Position numbers and translations under genes: made by a program. The notes beneath the pieces were generated by a model that did not search any database, was not told the DNA's origin, and was given only the letters and a program-made list of their open reading frames with translations. A stretch of 64,000 bases of DNA from Takakia lepidozioides (Eukaryota; Plantae; Bryophyta), in NCBI GenBank assembly GCA_030704615.1, contig CM060733.1, positions 72,416,001 through 72,480,000 on the forward strand, written 5' to 3'. Below, in pieces: positions 34,751 to 46,242 of the stretch (the stretch's first letter is position 1; each line of letters opens with the position of its first letter).

Positions 34751-37700
34751 CTGAAGCCCACGATGACATTGGAGAAGCTCCATCGTCTAGCCACATCCTG
34801 TGTGATGCAACAGAAAAGGTGATACTATTCTTAACCAAATTGTGGTGGCAACAACTCCTTTTTGTGGTGTTTGGCGCTTACGAATATGCTTGGTGGTTGG
34901 ACAGACCCGGTGGCTCCAAATCTGGAATGGTTCCCAAAGTACCAGGGACATGTGGAGCTTCCCCAAACCGGACAAACTCTCTGACCCCACATTCGACATG
35001 TGGATGACCGCATGACATGGTGGTTTCAGGTACTTCCCCACGCTTCGTTTGGGGCTTGTACTCTAGTAGGGGGTTTGATTCATTGTATTTTTTGAGGAAA
35101 GCGATCTGATGGACAATCTCACAGGTGACGACGAATGCGCAAGAGGCAGCTGGACACACAAGCACAGCACAGTCATTCAAGATGGAGATATCTCCTGCAG
35201 CAGAGAGCCTGCGTGACTATGTGACGAGGTACTTTCTGTCTAACAAACCAACCTATTCTTTCGGGAGGATAGCAGATGCTCGCCGGAGCCACGAGTTCAC
35301 CGACCAGCCGAACGCGGACAAAGCAGCAATGCGCCTTCTGTACAGGTACATACCGCGCTGCCTTTCTTTCAAGTCCTGGCATTTCAGGATGTTAGAGGCC
35401 TAAGTGGTGTTAGGGAAAATGGCGCCGAATTTCCAGTCAGGGCTCCGAAAATTGGCAAAGTCCCTAGACTGGCTGGCCCGGAACTGGAAATTCGGCGCCA
35501 TTTCCAGTTCCAGGCCCTATTGCCGTTCAGGGACTTAGCCATTTTCGGGCTAAGTCCCTGTTGGCTGGCCCGGAACTGGAAATTCGGCGCCGTTTTTCAG
35601 TTCTAGGCCCTATTGCCCGTCCAGGGACTTAGCCATTTTCGGGCTAAGTCCTAGACTGGCTTGGCCATGAAGTGGAAATTCGGCGCCATATTCCAGTTCC
35701 AGGCCCTATTTGCCGTCCAGGGACTTAGCCATTTTCGTCTAATCCCTAGGGTGGCTGGCCGGAACTGGGAAATTCGGCGCCGTATTCCAGTTCTAGGCCC
35801 TATTGCCGTCCAGGGACTTAGCCATTTTCCGGCTAAGTCCCTAGACTGGCTGGCCCTGAAGTGGAAATTCGGCGCCATATTCCAGTTCCAGGCCCTATTG
35901 CCGTCCAGGGACTTAGCCATTTAGGTCTAAGTCCCTAGGGTGGCTGGCCCGGAACTGGAAATTCGGCGCCGTATTCCCAGTTCTAGGCCCTATTGCCCGT
36001 CCAGGACTTAGCCATTTTCGGGCCAAGTCCCTAGACTGGCTGGCCTGAAGTGGAAATTCGGCGCCATATTCCAGTTCCAGGCCTATTGCCGTCCAGGGAC
36101 TTAGCCATTTTCGGTCTAAGTCCTAGGGTGGCTGGCCCGGAACTGGAAATTCGGCGCCGTATTCCAGTTCTAGGCCCTATTGCCGTCCAGGGACTTAGCC
36201 ATTTTTTGTGTAAGTCCCTAGGTGCTGGCCCGGAAGTGGAAATTCGGCGCCGTTTTCCAGTTCCAGGCCGTATTGCCGTCCAGGACTTAGCCATTTCGGG
36301 CTAAGTCCCTAGACTGGTGGCCCTGAAGTGGAAATTCGGCGCCATATTCCAGTTGTAGGCCCTATTGCCGGTTCAGGGAGTTAGCCATTTTCGGACCTCA
36401 TTGGGTTTTTCATGAATGCAGGTACTGTAAGTTCTCGCTTTTGGAGAAAGGTCATCTGTCTTTCGAGCCACCATTCTTCCTGGCATGGAGGAACCCTGGG
36501 GCTGACTCCATGTACATCTGACGATATTGTGAAGGAGTGGCATCTGGAACATTTGCGTGATTGCCCTTGGTATGTGGACCTTCCGCCCGGCTCGCTCGAC
36601 CCATCCGAGTTTCAATTGAAGCTGGATGCTGAATTCCGACGAAACCGGGCTCCGCTGCCTCCGTTGGGTGCAAAAGAGGCAAAAGCGCTTGCGAACTCCA
36701 GGAAAGCGGCAGAGCTTGCTCAGGCAGGAATTCAGGAGAAATTGCATGAGAAGAGTAAAGGTCAAAGGAAAAGGACAAGGAAACAGGTGACTGCAGTAAC
36801 ACCCAAAAAGAAGAAAACCATCGGGGCATCGGAGGAGGCGCAGGAGGGGACCCAAGAGAGTGACTCCGACGCCGATTTTGTTCAAGGTCCTGCGACTGCT
36901 GTTGCTCCTACCCAGTCACCGGTCGTCCGGGTTCCCAAGTCAGTTCGGAGTGGGACTGGCTCTGCCAAGAAGTTGGCATTTGAGGGCGAGCCTACACGGC
37001 GGTATTCGGCGGTGACGTTTACGCACAGGCCAAAGCTAGAACCTCCAACCATCATCCAATGCGTCAATGAGAGCTTCCTTGACGCTCTCGCTGCTGCCAG
37101 GGCGAAGAAGGTGGCACACAACAAGTCTCTGGCGGAGCAGAAGGGAAAAGCCAAGAAGAGGGCTGCCGGTACAGAGCCTAAAGACACCCCTGGTTTTGAA
37201 GCCATGATGGAATTCTTCACGGCTGTGAGCACGAATTGCAAGAGCACTCGGGGGGGGGTTGAGGTGGAGAGAGCTTGCGACATGATTCTCCTCGACATTC
37301 CAGATGGGGAGCTGCTGGAGGGCCTGGATGGTGTGCCCACCTGGAACAGGTTTACTGAGGACTACTGGAAAGCCGGGTTTGGGCTGGCGGGGATGCTTCT
37401 GGATGACGGTGGATGTGTGGTTGTCCTTGCCACGAGAGGGAAGACCACAGAGAATGCGGTGGCAAGGTGGACACCGAAAAGTGTCACCCCGGTCCTCCTC
37501 AGAAAATGGTTCTGCATCAGTACGCAGGGGTTGCGAACAGAGGGCCAAAGTGTAAGTTATCAATCTATTGCATTCACTTCATATTGTGGTGTATGTTAAG
37601 TAGACCCTGGAATTGATCCCTTCTTTGTTGGATGTGCAGACATTGGTGTTTGAGGCATATTGCTTTGTGAAGAGAGGGTCTACGTTCAAATTCCGCAACG

Positions 37701-38776
37701 ACGGTCGTCTTGTTGATGCCGCTGTGGACCCTGTAACCTACGATGTCCTCTACAACTATGTGCCCCACTCTAGTATGCCGAAGGACACAAAGACAGGCAA
37801 ACCGTGGCGGTACAGCCGGACCCGAAGCCCTGCTTTCATCCAAACCCTCATGGAGACGTGCTCGGATGTCCAAGGGCGGATTCTGGACCTCACATGCGGC
37901 ACGGGTAAGCCTTCACGTGCTCAGTTTGTCCCCTGGCCCCATTGCAATTGCATGCCGCAAGCTATTAACCGCCCGCTTTGTTCCTCAGGTGCTTCAATGT
38001 GGGCAGGGACGTTGTCCGACAGGCATGTGTTCGCCTTCGAGCCAGATACTGCCCTCCACAACTCGGAACTTGCAGCGGCTGAACGTCTGCCGAAAGAGGA
38101 AGAGGCATCCTCGGAGGATGAGGAAAAATCCGAGAAGGAGCAGGGGGAGGAAGTTGGGATCGAGGCCGAGGAGCCCCCGGTTTACGAGTGAGTGGTGGCA
38201 TTGTAAGTTGCCTCCAGATTTTGTGAGGCACCTCCCTCCGCTCTCTTATTTCATTGAAAACCCTTTCTGGTTGTGCTGGTATTGACATTCTTCAAGTGGA
38301 TTTGTTCTTACTGTAGGATGCCAAGTACTGCCGGAGGGACGTCTACACCGGAGTTCATGGGCAGGAGGAACGTGCCTTTTTTTGCCAGGGGAGATTTCAT
38401 GCCTAGTCCAGAAAGGGAGTACATCCTGCCTACTTATGCTGCCCGGCTTGCTTCGGTGTCCATTAGGAGGTGTTCCGAACGTAGTCGTGTACAGCAGATT
38501 TTAGACGAGGCAAGCCTCAAGAAAATGAAGATGAGGGAGGAGGCAGCAGCTATTAGAGCCCGTCGGGCTCGTAGATTTGTGTTGGATTCTGCTGAGGAAA
38601 GTGGGGGAGAAGACGCAGAAGATTCCCAGGAGGTGAGGTGGACAGTCCCCCAAGGAGAGGACGGGATTTTTGAGAGGCATAGTGGAACTGATGCATCACA
38701 GAGCTCGGAGGATGAGGGGGATGAGGGGGATGAGGAAGAAGGTGGGGCAAGTTCCTCGGAGGGTGTAGGAGAGTAG
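34751..38776 (+). CDS. Multi-exon cargo gene of MULE copy 2 with a beta-class N4/N6 DNA methyltransferase-like domain and acidic tail; 5' part lies in the gap
   Basis: DMILLDIPDG (motif IV-like), MLLDDGGCVVV, EAYCFVK, RSPAFIQTLMETCS..GRILDLTCGTG/ASMWA..RHVFAFEPD (motifs X, I, II); frame-preserving GT-AG introns 37552-37639, 37905-37988, 38188-38316; exons upstream of ~36422 less certain. Confidence 0.7.
35410..36395. repeat. ~94-bp tandem repeat (~10 units, alternating subtypes), each with a CTGGAAATTCGGCGCCrTATTCCAG quasi-palindrome, inside a probable intron
   Basis: GGAAATTCGGCGCC at 35486, 35578, 35674, 35768, 35863, 35957, 36052, 36145, 36238, 36330. Confidence 0.9.
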
Positions 38777-39636
38777 TGCCCATTCCGGCTATGACAGTTA
38801 GAACACACTTGTATAGACGTGGCTTGCCACAAAATTTGCAATAAAATGTTGCATTTTAAGTCCACTGGTGCCACATTCCAACTTCACATGACCCTATTTC
38901 CGTGCCTCCTAACCCTATTTCCGTGGACTCACAATGGTCTGCTCATGCTTTTTTTTTTTCCGCTCATGCTCATGCCGCTCATGCTCATGCCGCTCATGAA
39001 ATAGCAGCCCCCGTCACAGCTGTCACGCCCATAGGGAACGGATAGCAGGACAGGGAACGACTATGGGGAACAACATCTGCGAATGGAACATGTTAGTTCA
39101 CGGATGACGGTTAATGAGGGAAACGGTTAGAACCACGGATAAGAAGATAAAGCCAGGAGCGAGGACTGGAAAAGGATCACTTCTTGGGGAATCACTTCTA
39201 AAAGGACTTCGGGGGGGGGATGAGAACTTGGAAATGAAGCGGAGAGCGCATTTCTGAGCAGAAAGAGGGAGAGCACGGAGTAGGAGAAGAACGATCTGTT
39301 GATACTTGCTGAATGCAAGAAGTAGAGTTGTAATGTAGAGCAGAATAGAGATACCATGGCTTCAGCCTGATACTTGAGAGATATTAATCTGATACATACT
39401 TCATACTCACACTGTGTAGAGAGATATGAGTGAAGCTGTGGAATGAATGGATGAGTTGATGGAATCCGATAGATTGCTGAAGCAAACTGATACTTAAATA
39501 CCAATAGTAAGGTAACTAGCTAACATGAATGCGGGAAGGAAAACAAATAGGAAACACCCCCATGATACACTAGCTGTAGGTCAAGACTGATTGTTCTGAG
39601 CGGGCTGAGTGCTTAGAGATTTCCAACTCTTCTATC

Positions 39637-40277
39637 TTGGAGTTCCCGCATCGGATAGCGAAGGGATGGGTGAGTAAAAGCCGCGCGACATTTGGCGACC
39701 ATACTGGGGAACTGGGTCATGAACAACCAGATGTGACAGGCATCTGGTGGGATCATGGTGGTTGGAGAATTAAAGAATTTGATGTGAATCAAATTCCTTG
39801 TGAAACTGAGAGGGAAAGATTGTCCAAACGATTCTTTCAGAGGTTCTTGGAATTGCCAAACGGTTGTAAAGAAAACATTCTTAAGAGAGTGCATGATGCT
39901 GACCCTGAGTGGGGTCTGGAGAAAGGAGTGATAAAGATTTATGAGGTGGCCTGTAGAGGAAGAGCACGTTGGTTACCAACACTGGTTATGTGATAGCATT
40001 GCTATCCATTAAGCGAGTAGAGTTTGAAGGCTGGGAGGAAAGAAAGGTGAATGTTTATACTCATATGCATGAAGAGCTTGTACTGGTAAAGAATTGGATT
40101 CCAAAGGATATTCTGTGGATCAAACTCACACCAAGAACAGCTTTCCAGATTTGTTTGCCATATGGTTATATGGTAATGGAGACTTCTAGTATAGCCAAGG
40201 ATGCATTGAAGCTTGAAAAAAACCCAGGCATATACGAGAGATATTACCGAAGAGAGTTTTGGTTATTGCCACATTAA
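39637..40277 (+). pseudogene. ORF0 of gypsy B (one frameshift near 39985)
   Basis: Homologous to copies A and C. Confidence 0.7.
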
Positions 40278-40298
40278 AAGAAATGAAAGACATGGGAC

Positions 40299-43200
40299 AT
40301 GAGTGATGAAAGAGAAGCTAGACGCCAGAGATATTCAGCAAAAAGAGAAAGCTATCTGAAAGCTAATTATCCATATCTTTGGGAGAGAGGAATAGACATA
40401 GGGGAATCATCTGGACCTCTCACACCATTAAGATCAGAGAGTACATCACCCATACCGGAAGAACTAGAGTTGGATGCCACTCCTTCTTTTTCTTTGCAAG
40501 AAAGATTAAGGGAATTGGTACGGGAAGAAGATCAATCACGAGGTGAAAGATCTGAGGTACATCCCAGGATAAGAGATTTGACAGAAATCTTTGATAAGAG
40601 TTGGCATGGAACACCAAAAGCAGGAACTCTTGTTTCTGAAGCGGAAGGTGAAGAAGGAGGAGAGGATGTGGCAGAGCCAACGGAGAGTTCAGACTCTCCA
40701 ACACCATTGCAATTGAGTTACATGAGTGAAGAAGAAACCCAAGGGCAGAACTTGGAGGATGAAAATAGAGAGAAGAAATTGGAAGAGGAAGAGTATGAAG
40801 AAGTAGACCCAACAGCTGAGGTTGAGACTACGACCAGGACATCCCAAACCGTTGGACCTGGATCAAGTGGAGCACTTGGATCACAGGCCAACAAAGGTGT
40901 CGGCTCAGGGGGATCAGGCGGGCTGCCTGGATCTGGCTATGGGGGGACAGGGAGTGTGGGAAGTAGTGCAATTGGAGCTGGGAATACTGTGAATATCGTG
41001 GGGCCAGTAGCAGGGAGTGCTCAAGGGCCACCACTTGGTGGAAGATCCACCACAACAACAACAGGTCCTCAAGGACCAGCACCAGCAAGGGTGCCAGCAC
41101 CTGTCAGTGGGCAGAAGGTAGGGCCACAGATGGCGTTACAACCAACAGGGGCAAAACCACCTTTTCCAATATATTCAGGAAAAGGGGATCCCGATGTACA
41201 CATTAGCCAATTTGAGCACATGTGTATAGTGAACAATGAGAATGGCGATGATGCCAAGATGAGATTGTTTCCTTGTTCACTTATCAAGAAAGCAAGTGAA
41301 TGGTATGCAAGATTCCCTGATAATCATTTCCTAACCTGGAATGGCTTGAATACAGCATTCCGAAATAGGTTCAGGACAAGTAAAACTGAGGATGAAGTGT
41401 ATGGAAGTTTACAACAGTTAAAGCAAAGGAAGCATGAAACTATTGAGGAGTATATGGAAAAGATGGAATTGATGATGAAAAAGCTGGCTGCTGTACCAGC
41501 ACCAGGTTTACAGAAGACTTGGTTTGTGAGTGGACTAAGACCAGAGTTGCAAAAGAAAGTGGATATGTTACCCCATAATACAGTGGACGAGGCATTTGAA
41601 ACTGCAAACAGAATTGAGCCATTGGGAATGCTCAGAAGAGAGAAAAGGGATGATGAGGACTCTGAGGATGAGTCAGATGAAGAAGAAGAGCAAGAACTAA
41701 AAAGGAAGAGTAAGAAAAAGGAGAAGTTGAAGAGGGATAACTATGAGAAAAGATTAGAAGAAATCTTGAAGAAGTATGCCACAGAGGCTCCAACACATTG
41801 GAGGAAGGGTGTTTGGTGTGCAAAGTGCCAGAATGAAGGCCATACCACCACTGAATGCCACATGAAGGAGAAACACTGTACTATCTGTAAGATGGATAAC
41901 CATTCTACTGAGAATTGTAACTACAACAGAAGGACAGCAGCTAGAGAACCTGGGCAAGTAAGGGTGCATCAAGTGCAGCCCCAGCCAAGAAGAAACAATG
42001 ATCAGGACCACTATGGTAGGCCCGGTGGTTATAACAATGGTATGGAAGGGAGAGGTAATCCAAGAGGGAATTACCAAGGAAATTCCAGGGCCAACTATCA
42101 GGGTAATCCAAGGGGGAATTACCAGCCAGGGAATCAAGATTACAGAAATAATCCTAGAGCAGACCAAGGGCGAGGACTCAATGGTGAAGAACTGTGTTAC
42201 TATTGTAATCAGGCAGGACATCGCAAGGCAGCCTGTTCATTCTGGATTAGACACCAAAATGAGATGAGAGCTCCTGTGAATGAGGGCCCAGTGGTGGCAG
42301 CTCACATGGTTAGGCCATGTGTTGTACCAGAAGTAAGTACAATGATAGTAACAAGAAGCAAAGCCAAACTAATACCTCCAGTAGTTTAGGAAGGTGATGA
42401 TAATGAAGGTGGCAGTGATATGCCTGAAGATGATGAGGCTTGGAGAGATGAGAAGGAACTGCACAAGGAAGTGGCGGATACCATAAGGGAAATGCAGAAG
42501 AGTACTGATATTCCTTTGGCAGATTCCTCTGATTCTGATGGAGAAGAATAAGTGAGTGAGGATGAAAGGAAGAAAGAAGCTGCAGACATGCAAAGTAATG
42601 AAGGGACTTTGGCTGAAGTAATATGCCAGACCAAAGCGGAGATTACCATTGGACAGCTATTGGCTGTGGCACCTTATTGTAGACACAGTTGTATCAAGCA
42701 ATCAATCGAATTGCCCAGGAGATAGGAAACACAGACCTGAACAACAAGGTGACCAGTTATAATGTGAAGCTGGAAGGGCGAGAAACAGTCATGGACTTTG
42801 ATGATTCTATGCCAGTAATCCAATTGAGAATTGGAAGCACAGAACTAACTGATGTACTGATAGATGGAGGCTCTGGAGTGAATATCATGACAGACCAATT
42901 AAGAAAGAAGCTTGGTCTAAGTAACATGAAACCAGCCCCATTTACAATAACAATGGCAGATCAAAGAAGTGTACAGCCATTGGGATTGATAATAGGAGTT
43001 AAGATACAGATTCAAAAGATGATCTTTATGATCACATTAACTGTGTTGAAAATGGATGAAGTCATGGAAGCTTACTCCTTATTGTTGGGACGTCCGTGGC
43101 TGAAACAGGCCAAGGTATTCCATGACAGGAATTCCCAGTTACTAACAGTGCATGATGGGATGCACAAGATACAAATTACCACTAAGAAATCTAGTAGATT

Positions 43201-45769
43201 ACCTGCTACGAGAAGACCTCAAGGGGTCAGGGAGTATGACTGGAGGGGAGGACTTGATGAGGAGCAGGAAGCTACCCTGTTCGCTGCACATCCAGAGTGG
43301 GAGCAAGTTGCAGAGATGCAGCTGGAAGGCCTAAGTTGTTTAAGAGGTATCTGTTGTGGTGTGGTGACAGCAACACCAATTGAAGGTGAAACAAGCAGTT
43401 ACCCACCACATTTCTATGAAGAAAGAGAAGGAGAAATGGAAATCCTAGAGGAACCAGCCACTGTGAGTTTATAGGATGAAGTGGTAACTGGTTGGACAAT
43501 CACAGCTGATGAGCAGGTGAGAGAAGTGAATGTGGGAACTGAAGAGGAACCGAGGATGGTGAAGGTAGGAGCTGAATTGGAGCCAGAATTCTTTGAGGAA
43601 GCTAAGAGTTTGTTCATCAAATACAGAGATGTATTTGCTTGGAGCTATAAGGATCTAAAAGGGATACCACTTGAAATCTGTCAGCATAAGATTGAACTGG
43701 AACCAGGATCAGTACCAATCAAGCAGGCAAGGTACTGAATGAATCCCAACTATGCACAGAAGATTGGAGAAGAGATCAAGAAGTTGGCTGAGGCTAAGTT
43801 TATATACCCAATAGAGTATACAACTTGGTTGGTAAACTAAGAGTTTGTGGGAACTACAGGAAGCTGAATGCTTGTACAAAGAAAGATCCTTTCCCTTTGC
43901 CATTCACAGAAGCAGTATTGGACACTGTGGCAGGCCATGAGATGTACTCATTCATGGATGGCTTCAGTGGTTATAATCAAGTGCAAGTGGCAGAAGAAGA
44001 CCAAGGAAAGACAGCTTTCATCACAGACTGGGGTGCTTATGCATACAAAGTTATGCCTTTTGGTCTTTGTAATGCACCAGCAACCTTTCAGAGAGTGATA
44101 AGTGAATCTTTTCATGAGTATCTGGATGATTTCATGCAGGTGTTCTTGGATGATTTAAGTGTGTACAGCTCTAAGAATGAGCACTTGCATAAATTGGAGT
44201 TATGTCTGTCCAGATGCAGGATGAGAGGTCTGGGCCTGAATCCAGAGAAGTGTACTTTCTGTGTGAACTCAGGGGTGCTTCTGGGACACATTGTGTGTAA
44301 GAGGGGACTTCTTGTGGATCCCAGGAAAACAGAGGCCATTAAAGCCTCTCTACCACCAGTGAATGTTAAGAGTCTAAGGAGATTCCTTGGACAAACCAGC
44401 TATTACAGAAGATTTGTCAAAAGGTACGCACAGATAGCAGCACCATTGAGCAAACTTCTGAAGAAAGATGCCTACGGAACCATTTCAGAAATGGGGACTA
44501 GACTTTGTTGGACCAATTAACCCACCAGCCAAGAATACACAGAACAGGTACATAATTACAACCACTGATTATACTACGAAGTGGGTGGAAGCTAAAGCTT
44601 TGAGGGACAACACAGCCAAGTCCACAGCAAGGTTCCTGTATGAGAACATACTTACACGATTTGGCTGTCCCTTGGAATTTATCAGTGATCAGGGAAGTCA
44701 CTTCATTAATGAGACCATTGAATTATTGACTAAAGAGTTCATGATTGTGCATAGGAAGAGTACAACATATTACCCACAGGTTAATGGGTAGGCAGAGGCT
44801 ACCAACAAAATACTATGTACTATCTTGGCTAAGATAGTCAATGCAAACATAACGGATTGGGATACAAAGCTGCTGACAGCTTTGTGGTCATACAAGACTT
44901 CATATAAAGTCACCACTAAGTATACACCATTCCAATTAGTTTATGGTATGGAAGCTTTACTTCCAGTGGAATTCCTGTTACCTACCATGAGAACGGAATG
45001 GGGAAAGAGAATGGAATTGCAAGATTCAATTAAGGTCAGGAAACATGAATTATACCATGTGGAAGAAGTATGTGCTGATGCAGCTGATAACATGACCAGA
45101 ATTCAGACGAAGAGAAAGGAACAGTTTGATGAAGGCAAGATAAAGACTTTTAATACAGGAGATTTGGTTCTCTGGTTGCAGAAGAAGGGGAAGATTAAAG
45201 CTTCTAAGCTTAAATCACCATGGAAATGACCTTATGTCATACAGAAGATGTATGATAACAACACCGCCATGTTACAAACCATTAACAAAGAGATGTTGGG
45301 AAGAGTCAATGCCAATAAGTTGAAGGGGTACAGTGGTATCCATGACAAACCATTGCAGCATGATTTGCATGTTGAAACGCAAAAGCAGTCACAGGCTGCG
45401 CCAGTGATACCAATGGAGTATGGAGCACTTGTCGCTAGGCCGAGCATATATGACCAGGGCGGGCAGAACAAGCGCGACACAACCTATCACACAGCCCATC
45501 AAGGCGCGACACAACATATCACAGCCCAGCACGGCGCAACACAGCCTATCACAGCCCAGCACGGCGCGACACAGCATATCACACCCCCGCATGGCGCAAC
45601 ACAGCCTATCACAGCCCAGCACGGCGCAACACAGCCTATCACAACCTACCACAGCGTGTCACAGCCTATCACAGCTTACCACAGTGCAACACAGCCTATC
45701 ACAGCGTACCACAGTATGACACAGTCTGTCACAGCTCAACACAGCCTACTAGGGTTACACAATCCATAG
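40299..45769 (+). pseudogene. gag-pol: gag-pol of gypsy B, multiple stops and frameshifts, RNase H to integrase N-terminus deleted
   Basis: Gag 40299-42389; protease LIDGGSG; RT MPFGLCNAPATFQR and FLDD; integrase core WGLDFVG..SDQGSHF; 935-bp deletion at 44468-44471 relative to copy C. Confidence 0.92.
45470..45745 (+). repeat. 30-bp minisatellite at the end of pol (encodes HGATQPITAQ-like units)
   Basis: ACAGCCTATCACAGCCCAGCACGGCGCAAC units; counterpart in copy C at ~54820-55030. Confidence 0.85.
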
Positions 45770-46242
45770 AATCAGTGACTGGTGGACGCAGGATAACTTC
45801 AGGAAAATGGCCGGCGGAAGAAAGGACGGAAGCCAGTTTAGAAATGGACACGTGGAAGTCAGGGCGCGACACACAGCTGAGAAGGAAGTGCAAGAACAGG
45901 TGTCATCAAGAAAGAGGACAAGAATGGCCGTCAAAGTACTTACTTAGCACGTCAATTTGGATGAATGGCGGGCCCATTAATGAATACGGAAAAAGGGCAA
46001 CGGAACAAACGACAAGTACAGAAAAGTGAAATTCTTGTCACATGTGTTATCCTAGTGGACAGTCCAGCAGGAAAAGTCCACTAAAGAAAATTAAATCTAA
46101 AATCCAGTCACAATGGTTACAGCCAATCATAAGCCAGAAGTAGGATCAAGAAATTGGAGGGATTTTAAGCGCAAGAGTCGGCGTCGTTCCAAGTAATGGG
46201 CGTCTCGACGGGACAAACCATCAATGCTATAGCTTTGAAGCT

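Larger units (their letters stand above)
27814..39012 (-). mobile_element. MULE copy 2, both ends present (11.2 kb as assembled, includes a 500-N gap)
   Basis: TIRs GAGGTTTGCTATTTCATGAGC and (reverse complement) GGGGGCTGCTATTTCATGAGC match 18/21; subterminal (GG)CATGAGC repeats; GTCACAGC duplicated at 27806-27813 and 39013-39020; LTR B rejoins across it. Confidence 0.85.

Noticed and set aside
34088-34838. ORFs spanning the N-run
   Set aside because: Artefacts of translating N as X
34751-38776. Bacterial or phage contamination as the source of the MTase/ParB sequences
   Set aside because: They contain frame-preserving spliceosomal introns and lie within TIR-bounded plant transposon sequence
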